Source of the DNA: an uncultured Gemmatimonadales bacterium
Lineage (GTDB): Bacteria > Gemmatimonadota > Gemmatimonadetes > Gemmatimonadales > Gemmatimonadaceae
NCBI GenBank assembly: GCA_963851265.1
Contig: CAWKNZ010000005.1
Coordinates: 64,001 to 128,000, forward strand
Length of the DNA: 64,000 nucleotides
Direction of reading: 5' to 3'
Part shown: positions 20,611 through 31,313 of the stretch, piece after piece
Layout: each line of letters opens with the position of its first letter
How positions within the stretch are numbered: the first letter of the stretch is position 1
Position numbers and translations under genes: made by a program
Notes under the pieces: model-generated
Told to the model about the DNA's origin: nothing
Database searches by the model: none
What the model saw: the letters and a program-made list of their open reading frames with translations, nothing else

Positions 20611-22893
20611 CTATCGGCGGCCGGCGTGGCGGATCCGTGCGACGTCGCTGTCGCGCGCGAGCTCGCGGCGCCAGAACACCGTCTCCCCGTAGTTGCGGTT
20701 GATCAGCCGGTTGTACGGAAGGTCGGCCTCGCGGGCGAGGGCGCGGCGGCGTGAGGCGTCGCCGGGTGCCGCCGGCAGCGCGCGCAGCGCGCCGGCGTAG
20801 GCGCCTAACGCGAGGAACAGCTCCGAGTTGGTGCGGAGGAAGAGGCTGTCGGCGCGGCGCTCCTCGGCCGGCGTCCACGGCACACCCGGGATTGCCGCGG
20901 GCGCGCTGCCCCGCCACACCGACGTGTCGCCGATGAGGCGCCGCCATCGCGATTCGACCGTGCGGTACCACCAACGGTCGTCGGCGCCGCCGAGCAGGGA
21001 GTCCTGATTCGCGATGAGGTGACGGGCGAAGGCGACGCGGCCCGCGCTCGATCGGTCGGTCGCGAGTGGGGCCGTCGCGCCGAGACGGCGGGCGAGGTTC
21101 GGGTCGGCGGTGGCGACGACACGGGCGGCGCCGGCCCAGTCGCCGGTGGCCGCGAGGCGGGCGGCGCGGATCCGGACGGCCTCGTTGCGCGGGCCGGTGT
21201 CGGGCGCGGCGCTGAGCGCGGTCAGGACGGAATCGGGCGCGATGACGTCGAGGAAGTAGGCGCGCGCGTCGCGATCGAGCTGAGGGTCGGATAGCGCGCG
21301 CGACCACTGGCCGCGGCGCAATGCGAGCCGCAACCGCATCGACGCGACTGCGGGGCTTGGTGAAAGGAGCGCCGCCTGCGTCTCGGCCTCCGGCCAGCGC
21401 CCGGCGCGGATAAGGATCGCGAGCCGCTCGGCGCCCCAGAGCGCCGTGGGCGATTCGGCGTTCCTGGGAAAGGCGGACGGCAGGAACCCGCCCGCGGAGT
21501 CGCCCAACACGACGCGGAGCAGCCGCTCCTCCGCGTTCACCGCCCATGCGGCGGGACGCGCCGCGTGCGCACGGCGCCACGCGCTGTCCCACGCCACGCG
21601 GGAATACGCCCCCGGCGTGCTCCCACTGCACGCGTACGTGGTACAGCCGAAATCACGGAAGACGAACGCGGAGCGAAGCGCCGGGTCGGCGATCGCGCGC
21701 ACGGTCACCGGGTCTGGATCGGCGCCGAGTCGGAGCAGGAAGTACATCTCGGCGACGGCGCGCCCCTGGTGCCGCGGGTACTCGGCGAGGAGCGTCGCCC
21801 AGGCGCGCGCGGTGTCGCCCGCAAATCGATCGACGCGTACCGTCGAGAAGCGGGCGAGGTCGCCGAGTGGGTGCGAGGGGTATGCCGCGCGCCATGCCTC
21901 GTAGTCGCGCCGGAGCGCACGGAAGGCGGCGACGTCAGGCGCCGCGGTGTCGGGCCATCCGGCGGGGACGAGCGCGCGGGTGCGCTCCTCGAGGGCGACG
22001 AAGCGCAGCGAGGGAAAGCGTGGGGACGACGTGAGGCGCGACGCGGCGGCGGCCAGCTCGGCGCGCGACATGCGCCGCAGGGCGGCCGCTTCCCGAAGCG
22101 CCGGCGGGAGCGACTCGGCGGGGATCGGATCCGGAACGCGGGCGACCTGCGCACGACGCCAGGCGCCGACCCGGGCGCGCGACGCGGCCGCGCTGTCATA
22201 CAGGTACGACACCCTGGGCGTGTCGCGCGGGACGGGCGGCGCGGCGAAGAAGCGCGCGAGGAGGCGGCCATCCGGTGCTTGACCGCTGGCGGCGGTGAGC
22301 GTTGGGCGGAGCTCGAGGTACTCCACCGCGCGCTGCACCACGGGCTGCTCCAGCTGCGCGACCGTGGCGGGCATGTCGAGCGAGCGGGCGACCAGCGATC
22401 GCGCCTCTACCGCGGCCCGGTCGAGTGCGCCCGCGCGGAGCGCAGCTTCGAGTGCGGCGGTCGAGAGGCGCGGGCGCGTGGTGTCCTGCAGGTCCGCGGT
22501 GAGATTCCAGCGCCAGCGCTGGTCCCACAGCCGGAGCAGATCGACCGCCGCCCGCCCGCGGGCCGAGTCGCCGCGAGCCGCGTCCGCGCTGTCCGCGAGG
22601 ATCATCGGCGCGAGAAATCCGAACGCGAAGCCGTCGTCCCCTTCGTACGATCGGCCGCCGCTCAGCGCCGGGTCGTTGTCCACGAGCGCGACGAGGTCGA
22701 GGTACGGCTGGTAGATGTCGGGCGTCCAGCCGCCGCCGCACGCACACGCCGGCGTCGCCGACCACGCCACGCCGACGGCGCCGGCCACGAGTGCCACGAC
22801 CAGCAGCGCGCCGCGCCGACGCCGCAGTCGGACGCGCGTGGTCAACGATCCGAGGCGGGCGCGGGCGACGGCGAGACGACGAGCGTTGTCCAC
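20611..22893 (-). CDS. Large secreted hypothetical protein (helical-repeat-like), partner of DUF3142
   Basis: GGAGG SD 6 nt before GTG 22893; basic N-region, hydrophobic helix, then ACACGG; ~760 aa Ala/Arg/Leu-rich. Confidence 0.7.
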   Translation of the reverse strand: MDNARRLAVARARLGSLTTRVRLRRRRGALLVVALVAGAVGVAWSATPACACGGGWTPDIYQPYLDLVALVDNDPALSGGRSYEGDDGFAFGFLAPMILADSADAARGDSARGRAAVDLLRLWDQRWRWNLTADLQDTTRPRLSTAALEAALRAGALDRAAVEARSLVARSLDMPATVAQLEQPVVQRAVEYLELRPTLTAASGQAPDGRLLARFFAAPPVPRDTPRVSYLYDSAAASRARVGAWRRAQVARVPDPIPAESLPPALREAAALRRMSRAELAAAASRLTSSPRFPSLRFVALEERTRALVPAGWPDTAAPDVAAFRALRRDYEAWRAAYPSHPLGDLARFSTVRVDRFAGDTARAWATLLAEYPRHQGRAVAEMYFLLRLGADPDPVTVRAIADPALRSAFVFRDFGCTTYACSGSTPGAYSRVAWDSAWRRAHAARPAAWAVNAEERLLRVVLGDSAGGFLPSAFPRNAESPTALWGAERLAILIRAGRWPEAETQAALLSPSPAVASMRLRLALRRGQWSRALSDPQLDRDARAYFLDVIAPDSVLTALSAAPDTGPRNEAVRIRAARLAATGDWAGAARVVATADPNLARRLGATAPLATDRSSAGRVAFARHLIANQDSLLGGADDRWWYRTVESRWRRLIGDTSVWRGSAPAAIPGVPWTPAEERRADSLFLRTNSELFLALGAYAGALRALPAAPGDASRRRALAREADLPYNRLINRNYGETVFWRRELARDSDVARIRHAGRR

Positions 22894-23804
22894 GGCTGTC
22901 CTCCGGGGAAGACCCACAGTCCACGGTACCACGGCGAACGCGCGAGTGCGGGGGCGAGGGCGAACCAGGCGCGGTGGCGCGTGAGACGCGTGCGGCGGTC
23001 GGGCGACCGGAGCACGCGCTCGAACGCGCCGAGACCGACGCGATACGGAAGGGCTGCCCGGTCGAGCTGTGCCGCGAGGTGCGCGGTCGCGGCCCGCGAC
23101 GGCTCGTCGCCGGTGTCGAACAGCTGCACGATGTGGCCGCTGACGACGCCACGAAAGTGATCGCCGTACTCGCGCTGCGCCACGTGCGCGACGAGGCTCG
23201 TCACCCAGACCTCACGCCCGGCGAGCGCGCCCGCGTGGAGGCGTCGGACCACGGCCGCCCAACGTGCGAGGCGACGGACGGGGCAGTCGTAGTCGAGCTG
23301 GACTTCGTGCGCGTCCGCGCCGGTCGCCGCGACGAGGCGAAGCAGCGTGTCCAGTCGCGCGTCGAGTCGGGCGGCGATGACGCTGTCCGGCGCGGCGAGC
23401 CAGGCCGCGTGCATGCGGTCGTCGAAGCGCACGACGATGGCGAGCGGGGCGCCGGCCGCGGGGCGCGGCGAGAGGGCGAGGCGCTGCTGGACGCCGCCCG
23501 TCGCGCCGCCCTCCCACCAGACGGTGCTGACCCACACGCCCGGGCGCAGGGCGGGGTGCGTCGCGCGGGCGCGTCGCCAGAGCGCGAGGTCGGCCGTGTT
23601 CCACACCCACTGCCCGTCGGCGCGTGTCGCGGGGAGCAGCGCGACGTCCGCCGGTGACGCGACGCGGCGGCACGCGATGGTGCCGACGGCCGCGGCCGCC
23701 ACGCCGGCCGTGACGCCTCGCCACAGCGGCCCGCGCGTCAGTCGGAACCGTTTCGGCCGCAGAATCACTCTCTTGAACACTGTTCGGCAGCCGGCGATCT
23801 TCAC
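22842..23804 (-). CDS. DUF3142 family protein (start uncertain; probable lipoprotein)
   Basis: QWVWN, IVVRFD, EVQLDYDCP-RL, WVTSL, IVQLF, LPYRVGL; hydrophobic segment ending GTIAC. Confidence 0.72.
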   Translation of the reverse strand: MKIAGCRTVFKRVILRPKRFRLTRGPLWRGVTAGVAAAAVGTIACRRVASPADVALLPATRADGQWVWNTADLALWRRARATHPALRPGVWVSTVWWEGGATGGVQQRLALSPRPAAGAPLAIVVRFDDRMHAAWLAAPDSVIAARLDARLDTLLRLVAATGADAHEVQLDYDCPVRRLARWAAVVRRLHAGALAGREVWVTSLVAHVAQREYGDHFRGVVSGHIVQLFDTGDEPSRAATAHLAAQLDRAALPYRVGLGAFERVLRSPDRRTRLTRHRAWFALAPALARSPWYRGLWVFPGGQPWTTLVVSPSPAPASDR

Positions 23805-23865
23805 CCGGCTACCATGTGAATTCGTTCACAAGCCCAGTTCAGGCCCTGTTTCAGGAGACATCGCG

Positions 23866-24618
<753 letters not shown>

Positions 24619-24652
24619 CGCACGCCTAACGCATCGCAGAGGTCATACACAC

Positions 24653-25642
24653 ATGGCGAACATTTTCGCATTCGTCGAGACCCGCGGCGGCGACGTCCGC
24701 AAGGCGGGGCTCGAGGCGGTGAGCGCGGCCCGCCTGCTGGCCGACCAGACGGGCGGCGGCGAGGTGCACGCGCTCGTCGCGGGCGCGCCGGGCGTCGCGG
24801 CGCAGTCGGCGCGGCTGGCCGAGGTCGGCGCCGACGTCGTGCTCGTGGTCGAGCACCCCGCGCTGGCGCACTACAACCCCGAGGCGGTGTCGGCGACGGT
24901 CGCCGCGCGCGTCGCGGCCGGCGGCTACCGCGCGGCCGTGTTCTCGGCCACCTCGCAGGGGAAGGACCTGAGCCCGCGCGTCGCGGCCAAGCTGCGCGCG
25001 CCACTCGCGCCCGACGCGATCGCGCTCGCGGTCGAGGGGGACGCGATCGTCGTGCGCCACCCGATGTACACCGGCAAGGTCATCGGCTCGCTCAAGATCA
25101 CCGCGTCCCCGGCGCTGCTGTCGGTGCGGCTGGGGGCGATCCCGGTCACGCCTAACGCCAGGGCCGGGCGCGTCGAGACGGTGCAGCCCGCGAGCGACCC
25201 GGCGGCGGCGCGCGTCAAGGTGACGCAGATGGTCGAAGGGAACACCGGCAAGGTGGACCTCGGTGAGGCGCCGGTGATCGTCGCCGGCGGGCGCGGGCTC
25301 AAGAGCGCGGACAACTTCAAGCTCGTCGAGCAGCTCGCCGACTCGTTCGGGAACGCGGCGGTGGGCGCGACTCGCGCGGTGACCGACGAAGGGTGGCGCC
25401 CGCACTCGGAGCAGATCGGGCAGACCGGGCGCGTGGTGAGCCCGGAGCTCTACGTCGCGGTGGGCATCTCGGGGGCGATTCAGCACCTCGCGGGGATGCG
25501 CACCAGCAAGACCATCGTCGCGATCAACAAGGACAAGGAGGCCCCGATCTTCAAGGTGGCCGACTACGGGATCGTGGGCGACGTGTTCGAGGTGGTGCCG
25601 GCGCTGGCCGAGGCGGTGAAGCAGGCGAAGGCGCAGGGCTGA
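24653..25642 (+). CDS. etfA: Electron transfer flavoprotein alpha subunit
   Basis: [56 protein letters not shown]. Confidence 0.96.
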   Translation: [329 protein letters not shown]

Positions 25643-25658
25643 CCCTCGACCGACGCCC

Positions 25659-25682
25659 GGACCCGGCCGGGCGGCCGGGTCC
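25659..25682 (+). terminator. Hairpin after etfA
   Basis: GGACCCGGCC-GGGC-GGCCGGGTCC, perfect 10-bp stem. Confidence 0.55.
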
Positions 25683-25772
25683 GCTCCTTGCGCGGACGGC
25701 CCGCGCGCTCGTCGTCGACCTTCGACGTCGCGAGCGCGCGGCCTTTCCGTTTTACCCCCACGCGAGGCAATC

Positions 25773-26186
25773 ATGAGCATCTTCGGAACGATCATGTCGA
25801 AGATCTTCCACCACGACGCGGCGGCACCCGCGGCGCCTGCCGCGCCCGCGGCCGATACGACCACGGCCGACACGGCCGCGGCGCCGGACGCTACGGCGAC
25901 CGCCGGCGCCGCCGACGCCTCGATGCCGGCGGTCGACGTCGAGCAGGTCCTGAGCTCGATCGCGGCGCAGTATCCGCACCCGGTCAACTGGAAGTACTCG
26001 ATCGTCGACCTGCTCGCGATCCTCGGCATCGACAACAGCCTGCCGCAGCGCCGCGCGCTCGCCGCCGAACTCGGATACACCGGCGATACGGACGACACGG
26101 CGACCATGAACATCTGGCTGCACAAGGAGGTCATGCGCAAGCTGGCCGAGAACGGCGGCATGGTGCCGGCCGACCTGATGGGCTGA
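25773..26186 (+). CDS. DUF3597 domain protein
   Basis: MSIFGTIMSKIF, Ala/Pro/Thr linker, NWKYSIVDLL, ELGYTGD, MNIWLHKEVM-KLAENGG-VP. Confidence 0.85.
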   Translation: MSIFGTIMSKIFHHDAAAPAAPAAPAADTTTADTAAAPDATATAGAADASMPAVDVEQVLSSIAAQYPHPVNWKYSIVDLLAILGIDNSLPQRRALAAELGYTGDTDDTATMNIWLHKEVMRKLAENGGMVPADLMG

Positions 26187-26216
26187 GCGCGTCCGGGGAC
26201 GACCGGTCTAGCTTTC

Positions 26217-26265
26217 GGCGCGGGGGACGCGGCCGCTCTCCGGCGGTCGCGTCCCCCGCGCCTTT
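26217..26265 (+). terminator. Intrinsic terminator after DUF3597 gene
   Basis: 20-bp stem (26217-26236 / 26243-26262, one G-U pair), 6-nt loop, followed by TTT. Confidence 0.7.
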
Positions 26266-26292
26266 CGCACGTCCACGCACCGCACCCGTATC

Positions 26293-26652
26293 ATGCCTAA
26301 CCTGACGTCCTTTCTCGGAATCCTGCTGATCGTGCTCGGCGGCTGGGGCTACACCCAGTCGGCCACGCGCAGCCCCATGGCGCTCATCCCGTCCGTGCTC
26401 GGCGTGCTCTTCCTCGCGTTCGGCATCGCGGCCGGGCGCGACGAGTGGCGCAAGCACGCGATGCACGGCGCGGCCGCGCTCGCACTGCTCGGGATCGTGG
26501 CCGGTATCGGGCCGGCGCTGATGATGCCCAACGCACCGCCGATGATGCGCCGCGAGACCGGGGCGATGAGCCTTCTGTGCGCGGTGTTCCTCGTCTTCGC
26601 CGTGCGCTCGTTCATCGCGGCGCGACGCGCGCGGACCGCCGGCATCGCGTAG
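26293..26652 (+). CDS. Small membrane protein (about 4 TM helices)
   Basis: Hydrophobic helices; ALIP-G, RKHAMH, V-SFIAARR pattern. Confidence 0.75.
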   Translation: MPNLTSFLGILLIVLGGWGYTQSATRSPMALIPSVLGVLFLAFGIAAGRDEWRKHAMHGAAALALLGIVAGIGPALMMPNAPPMMRRETGAMSLLCAVFLVFAVRSFIAARRARTAGIA

Positions 26653-26688
26653 TCCGGTTCGCCGGTCGCGCGGTGCGTCGGACGGCGG

Positions 26689-28890
26689 TCAGTTCGGCAG
26701 CGCGAACGCGACGTACGCGTCGCCCGAGGGCGTGCCGAGCTTGCCGCCCCCGGCCGCGATGACGACGTACTGTCGGCCACGAACCGCGTAGGTGCTCGCC
26801 GTCGCGAACCCGGCGGCGGGCAGCCGGGCCTCCCAGAGCAGGCGTCCGGTCGCCTTGTCGAACGCGCGGAATTTCGCGTCCTCGGTCGCGGCGATGAAGA
26901 CGAGCCCGCCCGCGGTGACGATCGGGCCGCCGTACTGCTCCGTGCCCGTCGGCGCGCCGCCCGGGGTCGAGAGCTCCGGGTGCTCGCCGAGCGGGATCCG
27001 CCAGCGGTACGCGCCGGTGTTGAGGTCGACGGCGCTCAGCGTGCCCCAGGGCGGCTTCACGGCGGGGTAGCCGTCCGGGTCCTTCCAGCGCTCGTAGCCG
27101 GCGAACTCGTACGGCGACGCGTTAGGCCGCCGGCGCGACGCGGCCAGCTCCGCCGCGTGCGGCGAGCCGTCGGCCGGCGACGTCGCCGGCGACGCGGCGG
27201 GGGGTGCGTCCCCGCGCACGTACGCGGCGACGGCCTGCCGCTCCGCCGCGGGCAGGCTGGCGAACGACGGCATGAAGCCACGGCCGCGTTCGAGCACCTG
27301 CTGTACCTGCGCGGCCGAGAGTCGCACGGCGACGCCGACCAGCGACGGCACGCGGTCGCCGTCGCCGCGGCGGTCGGGCCGATGGCACCCGGCGCACGCG
27401 GCCGCGTAGACGGCCGGACCGGTGCGCGGTCCGCGTGCGACGCGCGCGAGCGCTGCCGGCCGCATCGCCGCGATCCACGGCACGTCGCTGCCGTTGACGT
27501 AGAGCACGCCCGTCTCGCGGTCGAACGCGGCGCCGCCCCATTCGCCGCCGCCGTCGAAGCCGGGCATGACGATGCTCCCCGCCACGCTCGGCGGCGTGAA
27601 CAGGCCGCCGGGGCGGAGCGCGCGAAACCGGCGCAGCACGGCCGCGTGCGCGGCGGGCGTGCGGTCCGTGAGGTCGGCCTCCGTGACGGACTGCCGCGTG
27701 AAAGGCGCGGGCAGGAGCGGGAACGGCTGCGTGGGCCACGCCCGCTCGCCGCGCAGGTCCGACGCGGGCACGGCGCGCTCCCGGACCGGGAACAGCGGGC
27801 GGCCCGTGATGCGGTCGAGTAAGAAGATGAAGCCGGTCTTCGTGATCTGCGCGACCGCGTCGACGGCGTGGCCGTCGCGCGAGACGGTGACGAGGTTGGG
27901 GGCCGCGGGCAGGTCGCGGTCCCAGAGGTCGTGGTGTACGGACTGGAAGTGCCAGCGCCGCTCGCCAGTCGCGGCGTCGAGCGCGAGGAGCGTGTTGGCA
28001 TAGAGGTCGGCGCCGGTGCGCGCGCCGCCGTAGAAGTCCGGCGTGGCCGAGCCGGTGGGGACGTAGACGAGTCCGCGCGGCACGTCGACGGCCATCCCGG
28101 CCCACGAGTTCGCACCGCCCGCGCGCGTACCCGCGCCCGCGGGCCAGGTCCCCGCGCCCGGCTCGCCGGGCTGCGGAAGCGTGTGAAACGTCCAGCGGAT
28201 CTTCCCCGTGCGCACGTCGTACGCACGCACGTGGCCCGGCGCGGAGCCCTCGCCCTCGCCGACGCGGGTGCCCTGGATGAGGAGGTCGCGGTAGATCACC
28301 CCGGGGCTCGTGGCGAGGAGCTGCGCGCCGGTGACGTCGCGGCCGAGCCCCACGGCGAGGTCCACCGAGCCCGAATCGCCGAACGTCGGGATGGCACGGC
28401 CCGTCGCGGCGTCGAGGGCATAGAGGCGGCGGCCGGCGGTGACGAGAATGCGGCGGTCGTCCCCGTCGGCCCAGTAGACGACGCCGCGGTTGACGTGCGA
28501 CTCGCGGGTGCGGCCGGCGAACGGGTCGAAGCGCCAGAGCGGCGTGCCGCTGTCGGCGCGGAGCGCGACGACGGCGAGGGCCGGCGTGGTCGTGTAGAGC
28601 ACGCCGTCGACGACGACGGGCGTGGCCTGGATCTCGGAGCGGCCGCCGGGCGGGGCGTCGCCGGTGTGGTAGACCCAGGCGACCTGCAGGTGCCTAACGT
28701 TGTCGCGCGTGATCTGGGCGAGCGGCGAGTAGCGCGTGTTGGCCGGGGTGCCCCCGGTGACCGGCCAGTCGTCGGGCGGGGCGGGCGGGGTGGCGCCGCC
28801 GCGGGCGCAGGCGGCCGCGAACGCCGCGGCGACGGTCGCCGCGCGCGCGGCGCGACCGCGGTGGTCGAGGCGCGTGCCGTGTGGGCGCAT
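26689..28890 (-). CDS. PQQ-dependent dehydrogenase (glucose/quinate family) with inserted c-type cytochrome domain; probable lipoprotein
   Basis: RYSPL-QI-NV-L-VAW-YHTGD, QATP, NRGVVYW, WHFQ-VHHDLWDRD, GGGEWGG, heme motif CAGCH, KPPWG; signal ending AAAC. Confidence 0.9.
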   Translation of the reverse strand: MRPHGTRLDHRGRAARAATVAAAFAAACARGGATPPAPPDDWPVTGGTPANTRYSPLAQITRDNVRHLQVAWVYHTGDAPPGGRSEIQATPVVVDGVLYTTTPALAVVALRADSGTPLWRFDPFAGRTRESHVNRGVVYWADGDDRRILVTAGRRLYALDAATGRAIPTFGDSGSVDLAVGLGRDVTGAQLLATSPGVIYRDLLIQGTRVGEGEGSAPGHVRAYDVRTGKIRWTFHTLPQPGEPGAGTWPAGAGTRAGGANSWAGMAVDVPRGLVYVPTGSATPDFYGGARTGADLYANTLLALDAATGERRWHFQSVHHDLWDRDLPAAPNLVTVSRDGHAVDAVAQITKTGFIFLLDRITGRPLFPVRERAVPASDLRGERAWPTQPFPLLPAPFTRQSVTEADLTDRTPAAHAAVLRRFRALRPGGLFTPPSVAGSIVMPGFDGGGEWGGAAFDRETGVLYVNGSDVPWIAAMRPAALARVARGPRTGPAVYAAACAGCHRPDRRGDGDRVPSLVGVAVRLSAAQVQQVLERGRGFMPSFASLPAAERQAVAAYVRGDAPPAASPATSPADGSPHAAELAASRRRPNASPYEFAGYERWKDPDGYPAVKPPWGTLSAVDLNTGAYRWRIPLGEHPELSTPGGAPTGTEQYGGPIVTAGGLVFIAATEDAKFRAFDKATGRLLWEARLPAAGFATASTYAVRGRQYVVIAAGGGKLGTPSGDAYVAFALPN

Positions 28891-28989
28891 GCGGGGGCGG
28901 GTGGGCGACGTCGTGCGTGTCGGGAGGCGCGGCGCGGAGGCGGGAGCGGCGGGGCGGGTGAAGCATGGCATGCGTGCTGCCGCGTGAAC

Positions 28990-29039
28990 AGTGGACGCGG
29001 TCGAGTGGACGCGGTCGAGTGGACGCGGTCGCCGCGTCC
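28990..29039. repeat. Tandem repeat 3 x 14 bp (AGTGGACGCGGTCG) followed by an inverted partial copy
   Basis: Copies at 28990, 29004, 29018; CCGCGTCC (29032-29039) is complementary to GGACGCGG; lies in a divergent intergenic region. Confidence 0.88.
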
Positions 29040-29163
29040 CGCCGTGCACTCGCCGGCTCGCGGTCGTGCCGTCCGGTTCGTAGCTTCTGCGGTGACCGCA
29101 GACCGTTCCCCCGCCGGCCGGGCGAGGGCGCGCGCCGTCCGAGGAACCTGGAGCGTGGTGCGC

Positions 29164-30387
29164 ATGGGCGTCGGTCCGACACCGGGGGCGGGGGCGACCG
29201 GGCGCCGCCTAACGATTGCGGTCCGTTCGGCGCTGCTCGCGCCGGCGCTCGCCGCCGCGCACGGCGCCGCCCGCGCGCAGGCGCCCCCGGCGCGCGACGC
29301 CGACTGGACCTTCGGCCCGTTCGTCAAACCGGCCGCGGGCAATCCGGTGATCGTGCCGGCCAGCGGGGCCAGCTTTCGCTCGCCGATGGGCGACAGCGTG
29401 GTGCGCTGGGAGGCGTACGCGACGTTCAACCCCGCCGCGGTCGTGCGCGCAGGCCGGATTCACGTGCTGTACCGCGCCGAGGACTCGAGCGCGGCCGCGA
29501 CGATCGGCGGCCAGACCTCGCGCCTTGGGCTGGCCGAGAGCGCCGACGGGGTGCACTTCACGCGGCGGCCCGCGCCCGTGCTCTACCCCGACAAGGACGC
29601 GCAGGCGCGCTACGAGTGGACCGGCGGGGTCGAGGACCCGCGCGTCGTCGAGCGCGACGACGGGACGTACGTGCTCACCTACACGCAGTGGAACCGCGAC
29701 GTGCCGCGCCTCGCGGTCGCCACCTCGCGCGACCTCGTGGCGTGGACCAAGCACGGCCCCGCGCTGGCCGTCGCCGCCGGCGGCAAGTACCGCAACCTCG
29801 AGTCGAAATCCGGCGCGATCCTCTGCCGCGTGGTGGGCGATTCGGCGCGCGGCGAGCGCCTCGTCGCGGCGCGCGTCAACGGCAGGTACTGGATGTATTT
29901 CAACGTCCCCGCCGTCATGATCGCCACCTCGGACGACCTGATCGACTGGACCGTGGTCGAGAACGCGGACGGGCGGCCGCTCGCGGTGCTCTCGCCCCGC
30001 CCCGGCTACTTCGACTCGTGGCTCGTCGAGGGCGGGCCGCCGGCGGTGCTCACCGCGCGCGGGATCGTGATGCTCTACAACGCCGGCAACGACCGGCGCT
30101 ACGGGGATTCTACACTGCCTAACCACGCCTACACCGGCGGGCAGGCGCTCTTCGATGCGCGCAACCCGATCCGCCTACTCGCGCGCACGGACGCCCCGTT
30201 CATCCGTCCCACGGAGCCGTACGAGACGAGCGGGCAGTATGCGGAAGGGACGACCTTCGTCGAGGGGCTCGTGCCGTTCCGCGGGCGCTGGTACCTCTAC
30301 TACGGCACCGCGGACTCGCGGGTCGGCGTGGCGGTATGGGATCCGCGGGCCTCGCGCCCGCGGGCGGCGGGCCAGGCGACGCCGTGA
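29164..30387 (+). CDS. Glycoside hydrolase family 130 protein, secreted
   Basis: FNPAA, LYRAED, TSRLGLAES-DG, GGVEDPRV, YTQWN, KSGA, VEGGPP, TFVEGL, YYGTADS; signal peptide ending ARAQ. Confidence 0.88.
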   Translation: MGVGPTPGAGATGRRLTIAVRSALLAPALAAAHGAARAQAPPARDADWTFGPFVKPAAGNPVIVPASGASFRSPMGDSVVRWEAYATFNPAAVVRAGRIHVLYRAEDSSAAATIGGQTSRLGLAESADGVHFTRRPAPVLYPDKDAQARYEWTGGVEDPRVVERDDGTYVLTYTQWNRDVPRLAVATSRDLVAWTKHGPALAVAAGGKYRNLESKSGAILCRVVGDSARGERLVAARVNGRYWMYFNVPAVMIATSDDLIDWTVVENADGRPLAVLSPRPGYFDSWLVEGGPPAVLTARGIVMLYNAGNDRRYGDSTLPNHAYTGGQALFDARNPIRLLARTDAPFIRPTEPYETSGQYAEGTTFVEGLVPFRGRWYLYYGTADSRVGVAVWDPRASRPRAAGQATP

Positions 30388-31259
30388 CCGCGGGCTTCGA
30401 AGCCGCCGCCGACGCGGTCGTCGCGGGCGACCTCGCCGCGCTCGCGCCGCTGCTGCGCGCCGACCCGTCCCTCGTCCGCGCCCGCTCGGCCCGCGCGCAC
30501 CGCGCGACGCTCCTCCACTACGTCGCGGCCAACGGCGTCGAGGACGCGCGTCAGCGCACGCCGCCCAACGCCGTCGACGTCGCGCGGGCGCTGCTCGACG
30601 CCGGGTCGGCGGTCGACGCAGCCGCGGAGACGTACGGCGGGGGGACGGGACAGACCACGCTCAACCTCCTCGTGTCGAGCGTGCACCCGGCCCGCGCGGG
30701 GCTGCAGGTCGCACTCGTCGACGTGCTGCTGGACGGCGGGGCGCAGGTCGACGGGCCGGCCGGCGACGGCTCGCCGCTGCTCACGGCGCTCGCATTCCAC
30801 TACGCCGACGCGGCCGACGCGCTCGCGCGGCGCGGCGCCCGCCTCGACACCATCTCCGCGGCGGCCGGCCTCGGGCGCGCCGACGTCGTGCGCGCCCTCG
30901 TCGAGAGCCGCGGTCCACACGGAGCGGACGCCGCGCGCGCGCTTACCCTCGCCGCCGCGCTCGGCCACGCCGACGTCGTGGCGTTCCTGGTCGACCGGGG
31001 CGTCGACGTGGGCGCGACCGACGCGCAGGGCTTCACCGCGCTGCACTGGGCCGCCGCGCGGGGGCACGCGCGCGTGGTGGACGTGCTGCTCGACCGCGGC
31101 GCGCCGCTCGACGTGCGCAACGTCTACCGCGGGACGGTCCTTGGCACGACGAGGTGGGCGGCCGCGCACATGGAGGGCACCGCGCGCACCGGCGGGTTCG
31201 AGCCGATCGACCACGGGCCGGTGGTCGATCGGCTCGTCGCCGCGGGCGCGCAGGCCTGA
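30384..31259 (+). CDS. Ankyrin repeat protein
   Basis: TLLHYVAANGVE, LLDAG, GFTALHWAAARGH-VV-LLDRGA; GTGA overlap with GH130 stop. Confidence 0.85.
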   Translation: MTAGFEAAADAVVAGDLAALAPLLRADPSLVRARSARAHRATLLHYVAANGVEDARQRTPPNAVDVARALLDAGSAVDAAAETYGGGTGQTTLNLLVSSVHPARAGLQVALVDVLLDGGAQVDGPAGDGSPLLTALAFHYADAADALARRGARLDTISAAAGLGRADVVRALVESRGPHGADAARALTLAAALGHADVVAFLVDRGVDVGATDAQGFTALHWAAARGHARVVDVLLDRGAPLDVRNVYRGTVLGTTRWAAAHMEGTARTGGFEPIDHGPVVDRLVAAGAQA

Positions 31260-31313
31260 GCGCCCGCGGCAGCGCAGGCCTAACGTGCGCCGCGGCCGCG
31301 GTCGCGGCCCGCG

